Source of the DNA: Chthoniobacteraceae bacterium
Lineage (GTDB): Bacteria > Verrucomicrobiota > Verrucomicrobiia > Chthoniobacterales > Chthoniobacteraceae
Direction: 5' to 3'
Length of the DNA stretch: 64,000 nucleotides
Assembly: GCA_031409655.1 (NCBI GenBank)
Contig: JANNXQ010000195.1
Span: 32,001-96,000 of the forward strand
Shown here: positions 52,551-62,849 of the stretch, piece by piece
Layout of the letters: each line of letters begins with the position of its first letter
How positions within the stretch are numbered: position 1 is the first letter of the stretch
The notes under the pieces: model-generated
Told to the model about the DNA's origin: nothing
Database searches by the model: none
Seen by the model: only the letters and a program-made list of their open reading frames with translations
Position numbers and translations under genes: made by a program

Positions 52551-53627
52551 ATGGAAATCCTCTGCCTCGGCCTCAGCCATCACACTGCGCCCATCGAAGT
52601 GCGCGAGAGATTTGCCGTGCCGGACGCCGAACTGGGCCCGGCCGCGGCGCAGCTCGCGAAGGCGACTGGGGTCAGCGAGGCGGTGATCGTCTCGACCTGC
52701 AATCGCGTGGAATACTACGTCGCCGCGGAGGACGCTGCGGCGGGGTTCGATGCCGTCCGGAATTTCGTCGCAGCGCGCGTGGCGACGCCGGAGGGCGAGG
52801 CCTTTTTCCGCCACGCGACGGGGCAGAGCATCCGCCACCTTTTCCGCGTCGTCGGTGGCTTGGAGTCGATGGTGCTCGGTGAGACCGAGATCCTCGGCCA
52901 GGTGAAAAAAGCCTATCTGGCCGCGCAGACCGGCGGCGCCACTTCGCGGCATCTGAACAAGCTTTTCCAACGCGCCTTCAACGTCGCCAAAGAGGTGCGC
53001 ACAAATACGAACATCACGCGCGGCAGCGTCAGCGTCGGCAGCGCCGCGGTGGAGCTGGCGGAGAAAATTTTTGGCAAGCTCCAGCACTGCCACGTCATGA
53101 TCCTCGGCGCGGGCGAGACCAGCGAACTGACGGCCGGCGCGCTCCATGCGCGGGGTGTGAAGTCGATCTTCGTCGCGAATCGGAGTTACGATCGGGCCGC
53201 TGCACTCGCGGAGAAAATGGGTGGTAAGGCGATTCACTTCGATGGCTGGCAGGCGGAGTTTCACGACGTGGATATTCTCATCGGCTCGACCGCCGCGCCG
53301 CATCACGTCCTTACGGCTGCTCAGCTCGCACCCATCATGCGCCAGCGCCCGGATCGTCCGCTTTTTTGCATCGACCTCGCCGTGCCGCGCGACATCGACC
53401 CCGCAGCCAATGACCTCGACGGAGTTTATGTTTATGACATCGATTCGCTCCAGGCCATCGCCAGCCACTCGATGAATATCCGCCGCCAGGAAGTGACGAT
53501 CTGCGAACAAATGATCGAGCGGCACGTCGTGGAGTTTGGTGAATGGCTCGCTGGCGGCAGCACCCAGGCGGGATTGCGCTACTCCAGTGCGGTGAGCGGC
53601 AGTGCTCCGGAGGGCGTGAAACCGTGA
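52551..53627 (+). CDS. hemA: Glutamyl-tRNA reductase (short C-terminus)
   Basis: GLSHHTAP, STCNRVE, HLFRV..GLESMVLGETEILGQVK, GAGE, DLAVPRDI. Confidence 0.95.
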   Translation: MEILCLGLSHHTAPIEVRERFAVPDAELGPAAAQLAKATGVSEAVIVSTCNRVEYYVAAEDAAAGFDAVRNFVAARVATPEGEAFFRHATGQSIRHLFRVVGGLESMVLGETEILGQVKKAYLAAQTGGATSRHLNKLFQRAFNVAKEVRTNTNITRGSVSVGSAAVELAEKIFGKLQHCHVMILGAGETSELTAGALHARGVKSIFVANRSYDRAAALAEKMGGKAIHFDGWQAEFHDVDILIGSTAAPHHVLTAAQLAPIMRQRPDRPLFCIDLAVPRDIDPAANDLDGVYVYDIDSLQAIASHSMNIRRQEVTICEQMIERHVVEFGEWLAGGSTQAGLRYSSAVSGSAPEGVKP

Positions 53628-53680
53628 GGCAGGAGAAGTGTGAGGGATTTGAGGCGCCGCGCGTGCTTTGCGGGACGGAG

Positions 53681-53780
53681 AAACGCCAAACTTCAAACTT
53701 CAAATTTCAAACGCCAAACGGTGGGCGTGCGTGCTCTGGAAAATTTGGCGTTTGGCGTTTGGCGTTTGAAGTTTGGCGCT
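53681..53780. repeat. Heptamer inverted-repeat hairpin (AAACGCC/AAACTTC)n / (GGCGTTT/GAAGTTT)n
   Basis: Five units plus aaacg, spacer, four units plus ggcg; between hemA and hemC. Confidence 0.88.
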
Positions 53781-53823
53781 CCTTTGTCGGGTTCTCGGCG
53801 CCGGGGCATTTGCTTTTCCGCCC

Positions 53824-54756
53824 ATGAACACCTTCCACCTTGGCACCCGCGGTTCCGCCCTCGCCCTGGCCCAAGCCGAACTCACGGAACGCGCCCTCGC
53901 CCTCGCCCTCCCGCAGCTCCCGACCGAGCGGAAAATCTTCATTACGCGCGGCGACAAGAAGCTCGATCTGAGCCTTCTCAAAGCGAACGAGGCCGGCGGC
54001 AAAGGCCTTTTCACCAAGGAACTCGAAGACGCGCTGCTCCGGGGCGAGATCGATGTTGCCGTGCATTCGCTCAAGGATCTGCCTGGCCATAATCCGCCGG
54101 GACTCGACATCACCGCCGTGCTCCCGCGGGCCCCGACCGCGGATGTGCTCATCGCCAAAACCGCCGGAGGTTTCGACGCGCTGCCCCACGGCGCGCGCCT
54201 TGGCACCAGCAGCGTCCGCCGCGCGCGGCAACTCCGCTGGCTGCGCCCCGATCTCCAGATCCAGGAATGGCGCGGCAATGTGCAGACGCGCCTGCGCAAA
54301 CTCGCGGCGGCGGAAGACATCGCTGGCATTCTCCTCGCGCAGGCTGGCCTGGAGCGCCTCGGCTTCGACTTAAAGGATGGGGCCCTCGTCTTTGAGGAAA
54401 CAGTCTTCCACATTGATCCACTCGGCGGGCGATTGCTGCCGGCGATCGGGCAGGGAGCCATTGCCCTTCAAAGCCGGGCTGATCGCCCCGAAGTCCGCGC
54501 GATTTTGGAAAAGATCGATCACCGCGAAACGCACATCGCCATCCGCGCCGAACGCGAATTGCAGCGCCTGCTTTCCGGCGACTGCGCCATGCCCGTCGGT
54601 GCTCTCACGACCCTGCGCGGCGACCGGCTCCATTTGCGCGCGATCCTTTTCCCCGCCGACGAAGCGCACTCCCCGAAGCTCGCGGAGGCGGAGGGCGCAG
54701 CCACCACGCCGGAGTCGGTCGCGGCCGCGGTCTTCGCGCAACTCGAGGCGAAGTAG
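53824..54756 (+). CDS. hemC: Hydroxymethylbilane synthase (porphobilinogen deaminase)
   Basis: GTRGSALALAQ, KGLFTKELE, AVHSLKD, GTSSVRR, RGNVQTRL, GQGAI, GDC.MP; ATG 53824. Confidence 0.95.
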   Translation: MNTFHLGTRGSALALAQAELTERALALALPQLPTERKIFITRGDKKLDLSLLKANEAGGKGLFTKELEDALLRGEIDVAVHSLKDLPGHNPPGLDITAVLPRAPTADVLIAKTAGGFDALPHGARLGTSSVRRARQLRWLRPDLQIQEWRGNVQTRLRKLAAAEDIAGILLAQAGLERLGFDLKDGALVFEETVFHIDPLGGRLLPAIGQGAIALQSRADRPEVRAILEKIDHRETHIAIRAERELQRLLSGDCAMPVGALTTLRGDRLHLRAILFPADEAHSPKLAEAEGAATTPESVAAAVFAQLEAK

Positions 54757-54765
54757 CGCGCCTGG

Positions 54766-57700
54766 CTACGGCGTCCAGGTAGTCTTCACGCGGAGGAACT
54801 GTTCCGGCACGGCGCTGAGTAAGTGGGTCGTGCGGATCGTGACGCGATCGAATGCGCCCTGATCGACAACACTCGTTTCTACGGTCGCGCCGGGCGAGGG
54901 ATCCCAGACCATCAACGCGGTGGACACTTCCACCGTGTAAGTAAGATCATAGGCATTCTTGCGGCGGGAGTAAGTCAGGGTCGGATAACCCCCCTCGATC
55001 GCGACGAAAGGCGCCAAGGCCGTGCTGCTCCGGTGCGGGTCGCCGTCGAAGGCGTATTCGAGCAGGTTCGTCCAGCCATCGCGCTCGGCGTCGGCGTTGA
55101 TTCCGCTGATCGCGTCATTCAGCAATTCAGCCGCGCTGAATTTGGTGGATTGCCAGACCTCGAAGGTCGGCGGCGTGCTCGAGAAGTTGAGCACGAGATT
55201 GTTGCCGCTGACCGTGAGGATAAAGCCACCGACGAAGAGGTCGTTGTTATTCGCGAAGTTTGTCGTCTGGAGCAGGAACTTGGAGCGATCGAAGCCCACA
55301 ATGCCTCCAGAGGCAGTCGCGATGATCCAGGAGTTGTTCGCCGCATTGTTAAAGGTCGGGACGACGCCGGGCACGTTTGCGGCCGTGAGGCCGGTGATAT
55401 CGATCACGAAACGCTCGCTGGACGTCGCGGTGATCGTGAGCGGCCCGTTGATGTTGTGCCAATCGCTGCCGGAGGGGCCGCCTTGAGTGTCATTGGCGTG
55501 ATTGATTTGCCACTGATAGGCACCACCGGGGGCGTAGGTGGCCGCACCGGTGGTCATCTTTCCGACGAATGAGCCAGGGGCGAAGGTGGCGCCTTGCTGG
55601 ATGGTAAGCGCGCCTGCGAGCGTGCCCGTTCCGGTGAAAGTGCCACCCTCGAGGGTTGTCGGTCCGGAGAAGGTCGCACCAGTGGGGAAGGTCAGGGTTC
55701 CGGTCCCCGTTTTGATGATGGCTCCAGTGCCGGTGATGGTGCCGGAAAGATTGCCGCTGCCGAGAGTGAGGCTGGCGCTGCCGAGTTGCACGGCGCCGCC
55801 GCCGGTGAGTGCGGCGATCGTTTGGTCGAAGTCATTCAGGTCGAGCGTGGTGCCTGGGAGGAAGCCGATGACGGAGCCAGCGGGCAGCGTATTGACCGCC
55901 CCTGCTTGCAATGTTCCGGCGGTGATCGCGAGCGGCCCGGAGTAAGTATTGGCCCCGGAGAAAATCATCATCCCCGTGCCGATCTTCTCCAGGCTCATGA
56001 TACCGCCGTAGCCACCGTTATTCGCAATCGCGCCGCTGAAATCGACGGTCGTCCCAGACTCCGCCCGCAATTGCAGCAGACGGTGGCGATTGTCGCCGCT
56101 CGTTCCGAGCAAAAGGTTTCCGGAAAAGACGGCGTTGCCTGCGGTGATCGCGTCGGGAGCGATGCTGTTGCCGACGATCGCCGCGCCCCCGCTGCCGGAG
56201 AGCACATCGATGGCGCGCGGGATGGTGATGGAGCCGGTGCTGTTACTGGCAAAGACGCCGGTACTCGCATTGCCGCTGCGTCCTCCGAGCAAGACGTAAG
56301 CTCCCTCCGCAGCGCCGAGCCCAGCTCCGTTGTTGGTCAGCAGCGCGCCTTCCGCAAGGATGAGTCCGCCGGTGAAGGTGTTGTTGCCGGTGAGTTCGAG
56401 GATGCCATTCCCGGTCTTTAGTAAGTCGGAATACAACCCACCCGAGATCGCTCCGGACAGACGCGCAAAGTCACTCGTCGAGTCGGGATTATCGATCACG
56501 CAAATTTCCCGTGCGCGATAGTTCGGGAGCACGCTGGGGCTGGTGAGGTTGAGATTGTCGATGAAGGTGATGCGGCGGTCGGCGCGGGCTGAGCCAAGGA
56601 TCAGGGCGTGGCTGGGATCAATAAAGTACGGTTGCTCCCAAGTAAGGGTACTCACGCCGGCACCGTTGAAATCCACGGATGCGTGGGCCCCCACGGCGGC
56701 AAAGCCTCCGCTGCCTTTGTCTTCCTTCGAGAGCCCCGTAACGATCGGCGTGCCGGTGTCGTCCCCGCGCCAATTCAGGTTCCCATTGGCGATCCCGAGC
56801 GTGGGGTTGTAGGTGCCGCCGCCGATCAACTCGATGACGCCGCCGCGGAGTTCGACCCGGCCGCCTGGCAGGCTGGTGCCAGGCGTGGCGCGGATGGTGC
56901 CGGCATTGATCGTGAACGGACGGAGTAACGTGGAGTTGGCGGGATGGGTCAGAATCAGCGTGCCTTCGCCGGCTTTGGTCACGGCATTCGTCGCGGTGGA
57001 GACGCCGACGGCGAGCGAGGCTTCAATCGTCAGCGCGGCACTCTGCACATGGATGTAACGGGCGCCACCGGGACCGGTCAGTCCCCCGGTGCCGCCTCCG
57101 GTATTCGTGATGGCGTAGTCGGTGTTGCCGCGGAGGAGAAGGCCATTGGTGGAAAGGGAGCCCGTCGAAGTAATGGCGAGACTTTGCCCAGGGGCGCTCG
57201 GCGCGAGGACGAGGGAGTTCAGCGAGAAGGTGAGGGCACTCGCGATGGTCCCGGAGCCCGCGAGGAGCGCGTTACCGGTCGGCGAGGACGAGGCGGGGAA
57301 AGAGGCGGTGGCGGCTGCGCCGATACCATTCGCGCCATGGGTGGCGAAGCCCGCGCCATGCACGGTGGCCCAGCCGACGGAGCTATCTGCCGAGACATTG
57401 CTCCGCGAGAGCAGGTTATTAAAGAGAAACGGCAGGCCGAAGACGATCCGCGGTACGTTGCCTGATTGGCCGAGAGTGAGCGTCGCGCCCGCGGTATTTG
57501 TGGCGGTGAAATCCACGGTGGTCCGGGGCGCGCTGGCGCTGTCCCGCGAGTAGTTCGCGATATTCAACACCGTAGCCGCCGTGACCCCGGCGCGATGGAC
57601 CACTCCCACCTTGAGCGCTCCGGCCCGGGTTTGGGTGGCGCTGCCGAGTTGCAGGCGGGCGACCGTTTCCGTAGTCCCCGCAGTATGACCGATTAGTTGG

Positions 57701-58761
57701 AACTCGCCGCCGCCGCCGACCTCGATGCCAGTCGCTCCGCTGTCGCGCAGTCGATTGGTGATGTTGAGCGTCGCATTATCGAGCACAAAACTTCCGCCCT
57801 GGAGCACGACGGCGGCGGCGGTCGAGGTCGCCAGAGAGGTGTTCCCGCTAAAGATCAGCGTGGCTCCGCGACCGGCCACGACATCGCCATTCACGGCGAG
57901 CGGACCACTGAAAGTTTGCGTGCTCGTCCCGCGGATCACCACTGCGCCCGCGTTGGTGCCGGGGGCTGTGGCCGAGTTACCCAGGCTGCCGGCAAAGGTC
58001 GCGTCGTCGAGCATGAGGAGGAGAATGTTTTGGCCATTTCCCGTCGTCGCATCGCGGGCGAGGACTGCGCCGCTGTTCCCGGATAGTTCGCCGCTGCTCA
58101 GCTCGGAGTTACAGCCGAGCGTCGAGGAGCCGTTCAAGGTGATGCGATTGGCGCGCAGCGCAGTGCGTCCGGTATCGCCGTCGTTGCTGAAGCGCAGGTC
58201 GCCGCCGATCAGAGTAAAGCCGCCGTGGAAAGTATTCCCTGAAGGCGTGCCCGGAGCCGGACTACCCAGGCGATAAGGACTTGGCCCTGATCTCGTGATC
58301 AGCCCCGCACCGCTCAAGGCACCATTCAAAACCACGCTCCCCAAACCAGTCCCGGCGAAGGTCATCGGCTTCGCCACATCCAGCGCGGCGTCGATCGTAA
58401 AAGCCCCCGAGCGATTCTGCGAGATCTGCGCACCGAGACCGCCAAAGCGCAGCGCATTCCCCGCGATCTTCTGCGCTACGCTGCTCGTGCTATTGAGTTG
58501 CAGACCGCCTAGTAAGAACGGCGCGGGTGCGAGGTCATTGGTCGTTGTGTAAGTCGCGGCGCCGCTTCCGCCAAAATCTAGCACGGTGCTAGTGCCACTG
58601 ATGGGGACGGAGGCTGGCGACCAATCTCCGCCCACGCTCCAGTTGTCCGTTACGTTACTCCAAAGGCTCGTCGCGCTGTGGGCGCGCAGCACTGCCGACC
58701 AGAGCAAGACCATCTGCAGTAAGGATCGGGTGAGACGTGAAACTCTCGATGAGGACAACAT
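54766..58761 (-). CDS. Autotransporter-associated beta-strand repeat (PATR) exoprotein without beta-barrel
   Basis: Signal peptide; repeats LLKTGNGILELTGNNTFTGG, LEKIGTGMMIFSGANTYSG, KAGEGTLIL; C-terminal DAERDGWTNLLEYAF..DP..FLRVK domain. Confidence 0.85.
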   Translation of the reverse strand: MLSSSRVSRLTRSLLQMVLLWSAVLRAHSATSLWSNVTDNWSVGGDWSPASVPISGTSTVLDFGGSGAATYTTTNDLAPAPFLLGGLQLNSTSSVAQKIAGNALRFGGLGAQISQNRSGAFTIDAALDVAKPMTFAGTGLGSVVLNGALSGAGLITRSGPSPYRLGSPAPGTPSGNTFHGGFTLIGGDLRFSNDGDTGRTALRANRITLNGSSTLGCNSELSSGELSGNSGAVLARDATTGNGQNILLLMLDDATFAGSLGNSATAPGTNAGAVVIRGTSTQTFSGPLAVNGDVVAGRGATLIFSGNTSLATSTAAAVVLQGGSFVLDNATLNITNRLRDSGATGIEVGGGGEFQLIGHTAGTTETVARLQLGSATQTRAGALKVGVVHRAGVTAATVLNIANYSRDSASAPRTTVDFTATNTAGATLTLGQSGNVPRIVFGLPFLFNNLLSRSNVSADSSVGWATVHGAGFATHGANGIGAAATASFPASSSPTGNALLAGSGTIASALTFSLNSLVLAPSAPGQSLAITSTGSLSTNGLLLRGNTDYAITNTGGGTGGLTGPGGARYIHVQSAALTIEASLAVGVSTATNAVTKAGEGTLILTHPANSTLLRPFTINAGTIRATPGTSLPGGRVELRGGVIELIGGGTYNPTLGIANGNLNWRGDDTGTPIVTGLSKEDKGSGGFAAVGAHASVDFNGAGVSTLTWEQPYFIDPSHALILGSARADRRITFIDNLNLTSPSVLPNYRAREICVIDNPDSTSDFARLSGAISGGLYSDLLKTGNGILELTGNNTFTGGLILAEGALLTNNGAGLGAAEGAYVLLGGRSGNASTGVFASNSTGSITIPRAIDVLSGSGGAAIVGNSIAPDAITAGNAVFSGNLLLGTSGDNRHRLLQLRAESGTTVDFSGAIANNGGYGGIMSLEKIGTGMMIFSGANTYSGPLAITAGTLQAGAVNTLPAGSVIGFLPGTTLDLNDFDQTIAALTGGGAVQLGSASLTLGSGNLSGTITGTGAIIKTGTGTLTFPTGATFSGPTTLEGGTFTGTGTLAGALTIQQGATFAPGSFVGKMTTGAATYAPGGAYQWQINHANDTQGGPSGSDWHNINGPLTITATSSERFVIDITGLTAANVPGVVPTFNNAANNSWIIATASGGIVGFDRSKFLLQTTNFANNNDLFVGGFILTVSGNNLVLNFSSTPPTFEVWQSTKFSAAELLNDAISGINADAERDGWTNLLEYAFDGDPHRSSTALAPFVAIEGGYPTLTYSRRKNAYDLTYTVEVSTALMVWDPSPGATVETSVVDQGAFDRVTIRTTHLLSAVPEQFLRVKTTWTP

Positions 58762-58841
58762 AGGACGGATGCATGAAGCCGCTCGCGCGAATCTACGAGG
58801 ACAGGCTGGAAGCCTGCGCCACGACTTGGGGGGCTGCGCTC

Positions 58842-59921
58842 TTACTCGATGCGCTTCGCCATCGCCTGCGCAGTGAGGCAGAGCTCGGCGGCGCGGAAGG
58901 CGTGCTCCTGGGTCATCGCGTTTTCGGTCCGGTTCAGGCAGTCGAGGATGAGCTGGCCGAAAAAGGGGAACCCCACTTCGCCATGGCAGCGGATGTGGTG
59001 CTCACCTTTGCCATCCACGAGATAAAGCTGATCACCCTCCGTCTCGCGCGCCACGTCGAGATACTTGCGCAACTCGATGTAACCTTCAGTGCCGAGGATG
59101 AAGGCGCGGCCATCACCCCAGGTGCTGAGGCCCTGCGGATTCAGCCAGTCGATGCGGATGTAATTCGTCGCGCCATTGTCCGCCAGGAGGTTCGCTTCAC
59201 CCCAATCTTCGAACTCGGGATACTGTTTGTGATGATAGTTCGCCACGGCCGCGTGGACGACTTTTACGTTCTTCGCGCCGGTCCAGGAGAGGAATTGCTC
59301 GAAGTGATGTGAGCCGATGTCGGTGAGGATGCCGCCCGTTTTTTCCTGCGACCAAAACCACGCGGGCCGGCTCGCTGGCGCGCTGCGATGCGGCCCGATC
59401 CCGAGCACCTGCACCACCCGCCCGATCGCGCCTTGCTCGATGAGTTGCCCCGCGCGCACCGCGCACTCCACGTGCAGTCGTTCGCTGAAATAGACCATGT
59501 ACTTCCGCTTCGTCGCTGCCACCGCCGCGCGTGCCGCCGCGAGTTGGTCGAGCGTCGTGAAGGGTGTCTTGTCGGTGAAATAGTCTTTGCCCGCCGCCAT
59601 CACGCGCAGTCCCAATGGCCCGCGCTCGCTCGGCACTGCCGCCCCGGCGACGAGCTTGATCTCATCTTTCTCCAGCACCGCTGCCTCGCTCGAGAGCGGC
59701 TGCACGCCGGGAAAGGCGGCGCAGAATTTCTCCACCTTCACCGGGTCGGGATCATAGACGTAGCGCAGCTCGCCGCCTGCTTCGGTGAGACCTTTGCACT
59801 GGCCGTAGATGTGTCCGTGATCGAGGGCGATCGCGGCGAAAGGAAATTCGCCCTTCTCCACGACGGGCGACGGTTTGCCCTCGGGCGCGTAGTTCATGCC
59901 GTCTGCTTTTTGGTGAGCCAT
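58842..59921 (-). CDS. Gfo/Idh/MocA family oxidoreductase
   Basis: ALDHGHIY, GKDYFTDK.P, GAIGRV, GGILTDIGSH, GTEGYIE; ATG 59921. Confidence 0.9.
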   Translation of the reverse strand: MAHQKADGMNYAPEGKPSPVVEKGEFPFAAIALDHGHIYGQCKGLTEAGGELRYVYDPDPVKVEKFCAAFPGVQPLSSEAAVLEKDEIKLVAGAAVPSERGPLGLRVMAAGKDYFTDKTPFTTLDQLAAARAAVAATKRKYMVYFSERLHVECAVRAGQLIEQGAIGRVVQVLGIGPHRSAPASRPAWFWSQEKTGGILTDIGSHHFEQFLSWTGAKNVKVVHAAVANYHHKQYPEFEDWGEANLLADNGATNYIRIDWLNPQGLSTWGDGRAFILGTEGYIELRKYLDVARETEGDQLYLVDGKGEHHIRCHGEVGFPFFGQLILDCLNRTENAMTQEHAFRAAELCLTAQAMAKRIE

Positions 59922-60030
59922 AGAGAGCGTACCTTGCCGGAGCGCCCGCCGTCCTTCCACGGAAATTTCGCGCATCCTCGCGGCAATCGCCGCCTGCCGC
60001 GCCCGACTGATGGCGCCGGGTTTTGGTTAA

Positions 60031-60146
60031 AAACGCAGAGGCGCGGAGTCGCAGAGGTCGCAGAGCAGAAGGCCGGTGAGGAAGGCTCGCGCGGTTTGCT
60101 GCGGTGATATTCTGACCGCCTGCGCGGCCTCAGAGTCTCTGCGTTT
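60031..60146. repeat. Palindromic element with CGCAGAG units (8-9 nt period)
   Basis: aaacgcagag gcgcggag tcgcagag gtcgcagag ... ctgcgcggcctcagagtctctgcgttt; terminal 10-bp inverted pair AAACGCAGAG / CTCTGCGTTT. Confidence 0.75.
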
Positions 60147-60184
60147 CAAAATCCTTACCGCCCCTTCCGCTTCAGAGATCCGGT

Positions 60185-60721
60185 TTACAGCCCCTCGGGA
60201 TGGCGCGCCGTAAAGCCCGCAGGCGACCGTGGCTCCACCCGCCAGCGGGGACCTTCGTCGCCGCGACGGCCGGTCGTATCCAGCCGCAGTCCGGCGACGG
60301 TGGCGAAGGTGTGGCCTTTTCTTGCATACACGGTGATCCAACGGCCGGGACCGGGATTGCCAAATTGCGCGAGTTCGCGCGAGGCGGCGGGTCGCTCGAT
60401 GGCGTCGGCGTGGTGGAGGAGGAAGGAGACCGTGCCCGAGCAATCGTACCCTTTGTCGTAAAAGCTGCCGTGACCGCCGCCCCAGACGTAGGGCTTGCGG
60501 GTCAGGTGATTGGTCGCCCAGATCGCCCGTTTCACCGGCAGCGGCGCATTTTCCGGCGCGTAGGCGATGCCGCCGCGGACGATGGCTCGGCTGCCGGGCA
60601 CGGTCGGGCCTTTGTTTGGCGGCGTAGCGGAAGTGTAGGCCGCATCGCCGGAAGGCGGGACGGCGAAAAGCACAGTGGCTGCGGTGAGGAGCGAGAGCGG
60701 AGAGAAGCGCTTCCAGTTCAT
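60185..60721 (-). CDS. NlpC/P60-like peptidoglycan endopeptidase
   Basis: Signal peptide; KPYVWGGGH, YDCSG (catalytic Cys), GHTF; ATG 60721. Confidence 0.85.
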   Translation of the reverse strand: MNWKRFSPLSLLTAATVLFAVPPSGDAAYTSATPPNKGPTVPGSRAIVRGGIAYAPENAPLPVKRAIWATNHLTRKPYVWGGGHGSFYDKGYDCSGTVSFLLHHADAIERPAASRELAQFGNPGPGRWITVYARKGHTFATVAGLRLDTTGRRGDEGPRWRVEPRSPAGFTARHPEGL

Positions 60722-60822
60722 GCCATCGTCGCAGGTGCAGAAACTGCACCGTATCCGGAGAAAAGTTTGAATTTCCATAATCACTCCGCGAAGCCGCGCC
60801 CCCGCCGAAGCCACCAACCCGC

Positions 60823-61821
60823 ATGCTCGTCGATCTTCTTGAATACCTGATCACCCCCTGCTCCTGGCAGGCGCGGTCGGTCGGTTTCCTCACCTCCAGC
60901 CTCCAGGTGCAGGCCCGCTACCGCCGCTGCCGCCGCGCCTGGCAGCCGCATCTCGATCGCACCCGGAGCGTCATCCTCGACGCCGCGCAGTCCTGCGCGC
61001 AGCGGCGCAAAGTAGTGATTCTTGGTGCCGGTCTGCTCCACGACATCCCGCTGCGCGAACTCTCCGCGCTCTTCCGCGAAGTCGTCCTCGTGGACCTCGT
61101 CTTCCCCTGGTCCAGCCGTCTCACCGCTGCCCGCTTCCGCAATGTCCGCTGCCTCGCCACCGACATCACCGGCACCATCGACGCCCTCGCTGAAGCCGCC
61201 CGCGATCCCGCGCTGCCGCTCCCACACTCCGCGCCCACTTTATTTCAAAACGACCCCGACCTCGACCTCACCGTCTCCGTCAATCTCCTCTCGCAACTAC
61301 CCTTTATTCCCAAGCGCTACCTCCAGCGCAAAAGTTTCCGCCCAGCGCGCAGCGAAGCCTCCCTGCAAACGTGGTCGCGCCACCTTCAAGACGCCCACCT
61401 CGCCTACCTGCAAAGTCTGCCCGGTCACATCACCCTGATCACCGACATCGCAGGCACTCGGCACACCCGCGACGGAGCCATCGTCGAGCGCTGGGACAAT
61501 CTCCACGGCCTGGAACTACCCACCCCAAGCGCGACATGGGAATGGCCCCTCGCCCCAGCGCCGGAGTCCGATCCGGAATTCGACCATGTCGTGAAGGTCG
61601 CCGCATTTTCCGAGTGGAAGAGCACCCGATGCGAGAGATTGATCTGTCGCGCGGCGCCAGTAGAACGCCCGCGCACCATCCTTTGTGAAATGGGGCGGCG
61701 TCCTTTGGCGTTCGCCGTTCGCCGTTTGGAGTTTGGTGTTAGGAGTTTGAAGTTTAGCCCCGCGCAATGGCCTCGCGATTCTCACCCGCCATCCGAAGCG
61801 ACGGCGCCTGCGGCGGGCTAA
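60823..61821 (+). CDS. Hypothetical protein with SAM-methyltransferase-like Rossmann motif; tail derived from a repeat
   Basis: VVILGAGLLHDIP, VVLVD, DIT, VSVNLLSQL. Confidence 0.7.
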   Translation: MLVDLLEYLITPCSWQARSVGFLTSSLQVQARYRRCRRAWQPHLDRTRSVILDAAQSCAQRRKVVILGAGLLHDIPLRELSALFREVVLVDLVFPWSSRLTAARFRNVRCLATDITGTIDALAEAARDPALPLPHSAPTLFQNDPDLDLTVSVNLLSQLPFIPKRYLQRKSFRPARSEASLQTWSRHLQDAHLAYLQSLPGHITLITDIAGTRHTRDGAIVERWDNLHGLELPTPSATWEWPLAPAPESDPEFDHVVKVAAFSEWKSTRCERLICRAAPVERPRTILCEMGRRPLAFAVRRLEFGVRSLKFSPAQWPRDSHPPSEATAPAAG

Positions 61822-61839
61822 ACTCCAAACACCAAAGGA
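61701..61839. repeat. Heptamer inverted-repeat element (GGNGTTT family)
   Basis: tcctttggcgttcgccgttcgccgtttggagtttggtgttaggagtttgaagtttagccc ... gggctaaactccaaacaccaaagga; contains the TAA of 60823..61821. Confidence 0.75.
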
Positions 61840-61999
61840 TGATACTGCTCCATTTTCCCAAAACTCGATGCGGGGCAGGAGAGCGCCTGAAAGGTGACCC
61901 AGCGGCGTTCCCGATCGGGCGGGCGATCGGGGCAGCATGCGGGGCCGCCTTCCGGCATTTTGCTTGAAAGGGGAGGCGGGCGCTTCTCCACTGCGGGTC

Positions 62000-62791
62000 A
62001 TGAATCGGCTGCAAAAAATTCTCGATGTGAAGCGGGCGGAAGTTGCGCGGTTGCTCCCGCGTGCGGAAAAGCTGCGCGTGGCGGCTTTGCAGCGGGATGA
62101 TTTCCGGCCCTTCGCGGCAGTGCTCGATCGCGGGCCAGAGGCGCTGGGGCTAATCGCGGAGGTGAAGAAGGCGAGCCCGAGTGCGGGGGTGATTGCGGCG
62201 GATTTTGATCCGGTGGCCATTGCGCAAGGGTATGAAGCGGCGGGGGCGCACTGCCTTTCGGTGCTCACGGATGAGCAGTTTTTCCAGGGGCATCTGAGCT
62301 ATCTCACGTGCATCCGGCAGGCCGTGGCGTTGCCTTGTTTGCGGAAGGATTTCATCATTCACGATGTGCAAATCTACGAGGCAGCGGTGGCGGGAGCGGA
62401 TGCCATCCTGCTCATCGTCGCGGCGCTCACGCAGGCGGAACTCGAGGCGCTGAATCGCACGGCGGAAGTGTGTCAGCTCGATGTGCTGGTGGAAGTTCAC
62501 ACGCGCGAGGAACTCGATCGCGCGCTGGATCTCGGGGTGCGCCTGCTTGGGATCAATAATCGCAACCTCACCACTTTCACCGTGGATCTCGCGACGACGG
62601 AGGTGCTGAGTGAGGAAGTCCCGGATGAGGTGATCCTCGTCTCGGAGAGCGGGCTGAAGACGCGCGCGGATACTCAGCGGGCTTTCGCGGCGGGGTGTAA
62701 TGCGATCCTCGTCGGCGAGAGTCTCATGCGGACGGGGGATGTCGCGGGGCAGGTGGCGGAACTGCTCGGCGTGAGCACCGGTCCGGCGTAG
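62000..62791 (+). CDS. trpC: Indole-3-glycerol phosphate synthase
   Basis: IAEVKKASPS, SVLTD, LRKDF, GADAILLI, LVEVH, GINNRNL, SESG, LVGESLM; ATG 62000. Confidence 0.96.
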   Translation: MNRLQKILDVKRAEVARLLPRAEKLRVAALQRDDFRPFAAVLDRGPEALGLIAEVKKASPSAGVIAADFDPVAIAQGYEAAGAHCLSVLTDEQFFQGHLSYLTCIRQAVALPCLRKDFIIHDVQIYEAAVAGADAILLIVAALTQAELEALNRTAEVCQLDVLVEVHTREELDRALDLGVRLLGINNRNLTTFTVDLATTEVLSEEVPDEVILVSESGLKTRADTQRAFAAGCNAILVGESLMRTGDVAGQVAELLGVSTGPA

Positions 62792-62798
62792 GCAGGAG

Positions 62799-62840
62799 TC
62801 TTCTTCTTCCTCTGCTTCCCATTGGGGAGGAAGAGGAAGA
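62799..62840. terminator. Hairpin between convergent trpC and rarA
   Basis: TCTTCTTCTTCCTC / GAGGAAGAGGAAGA 14-bp stem with one G-U; no U-tract. Confidence 0.4.
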
Positions 62841-62849
62841 GGGTGAGCG

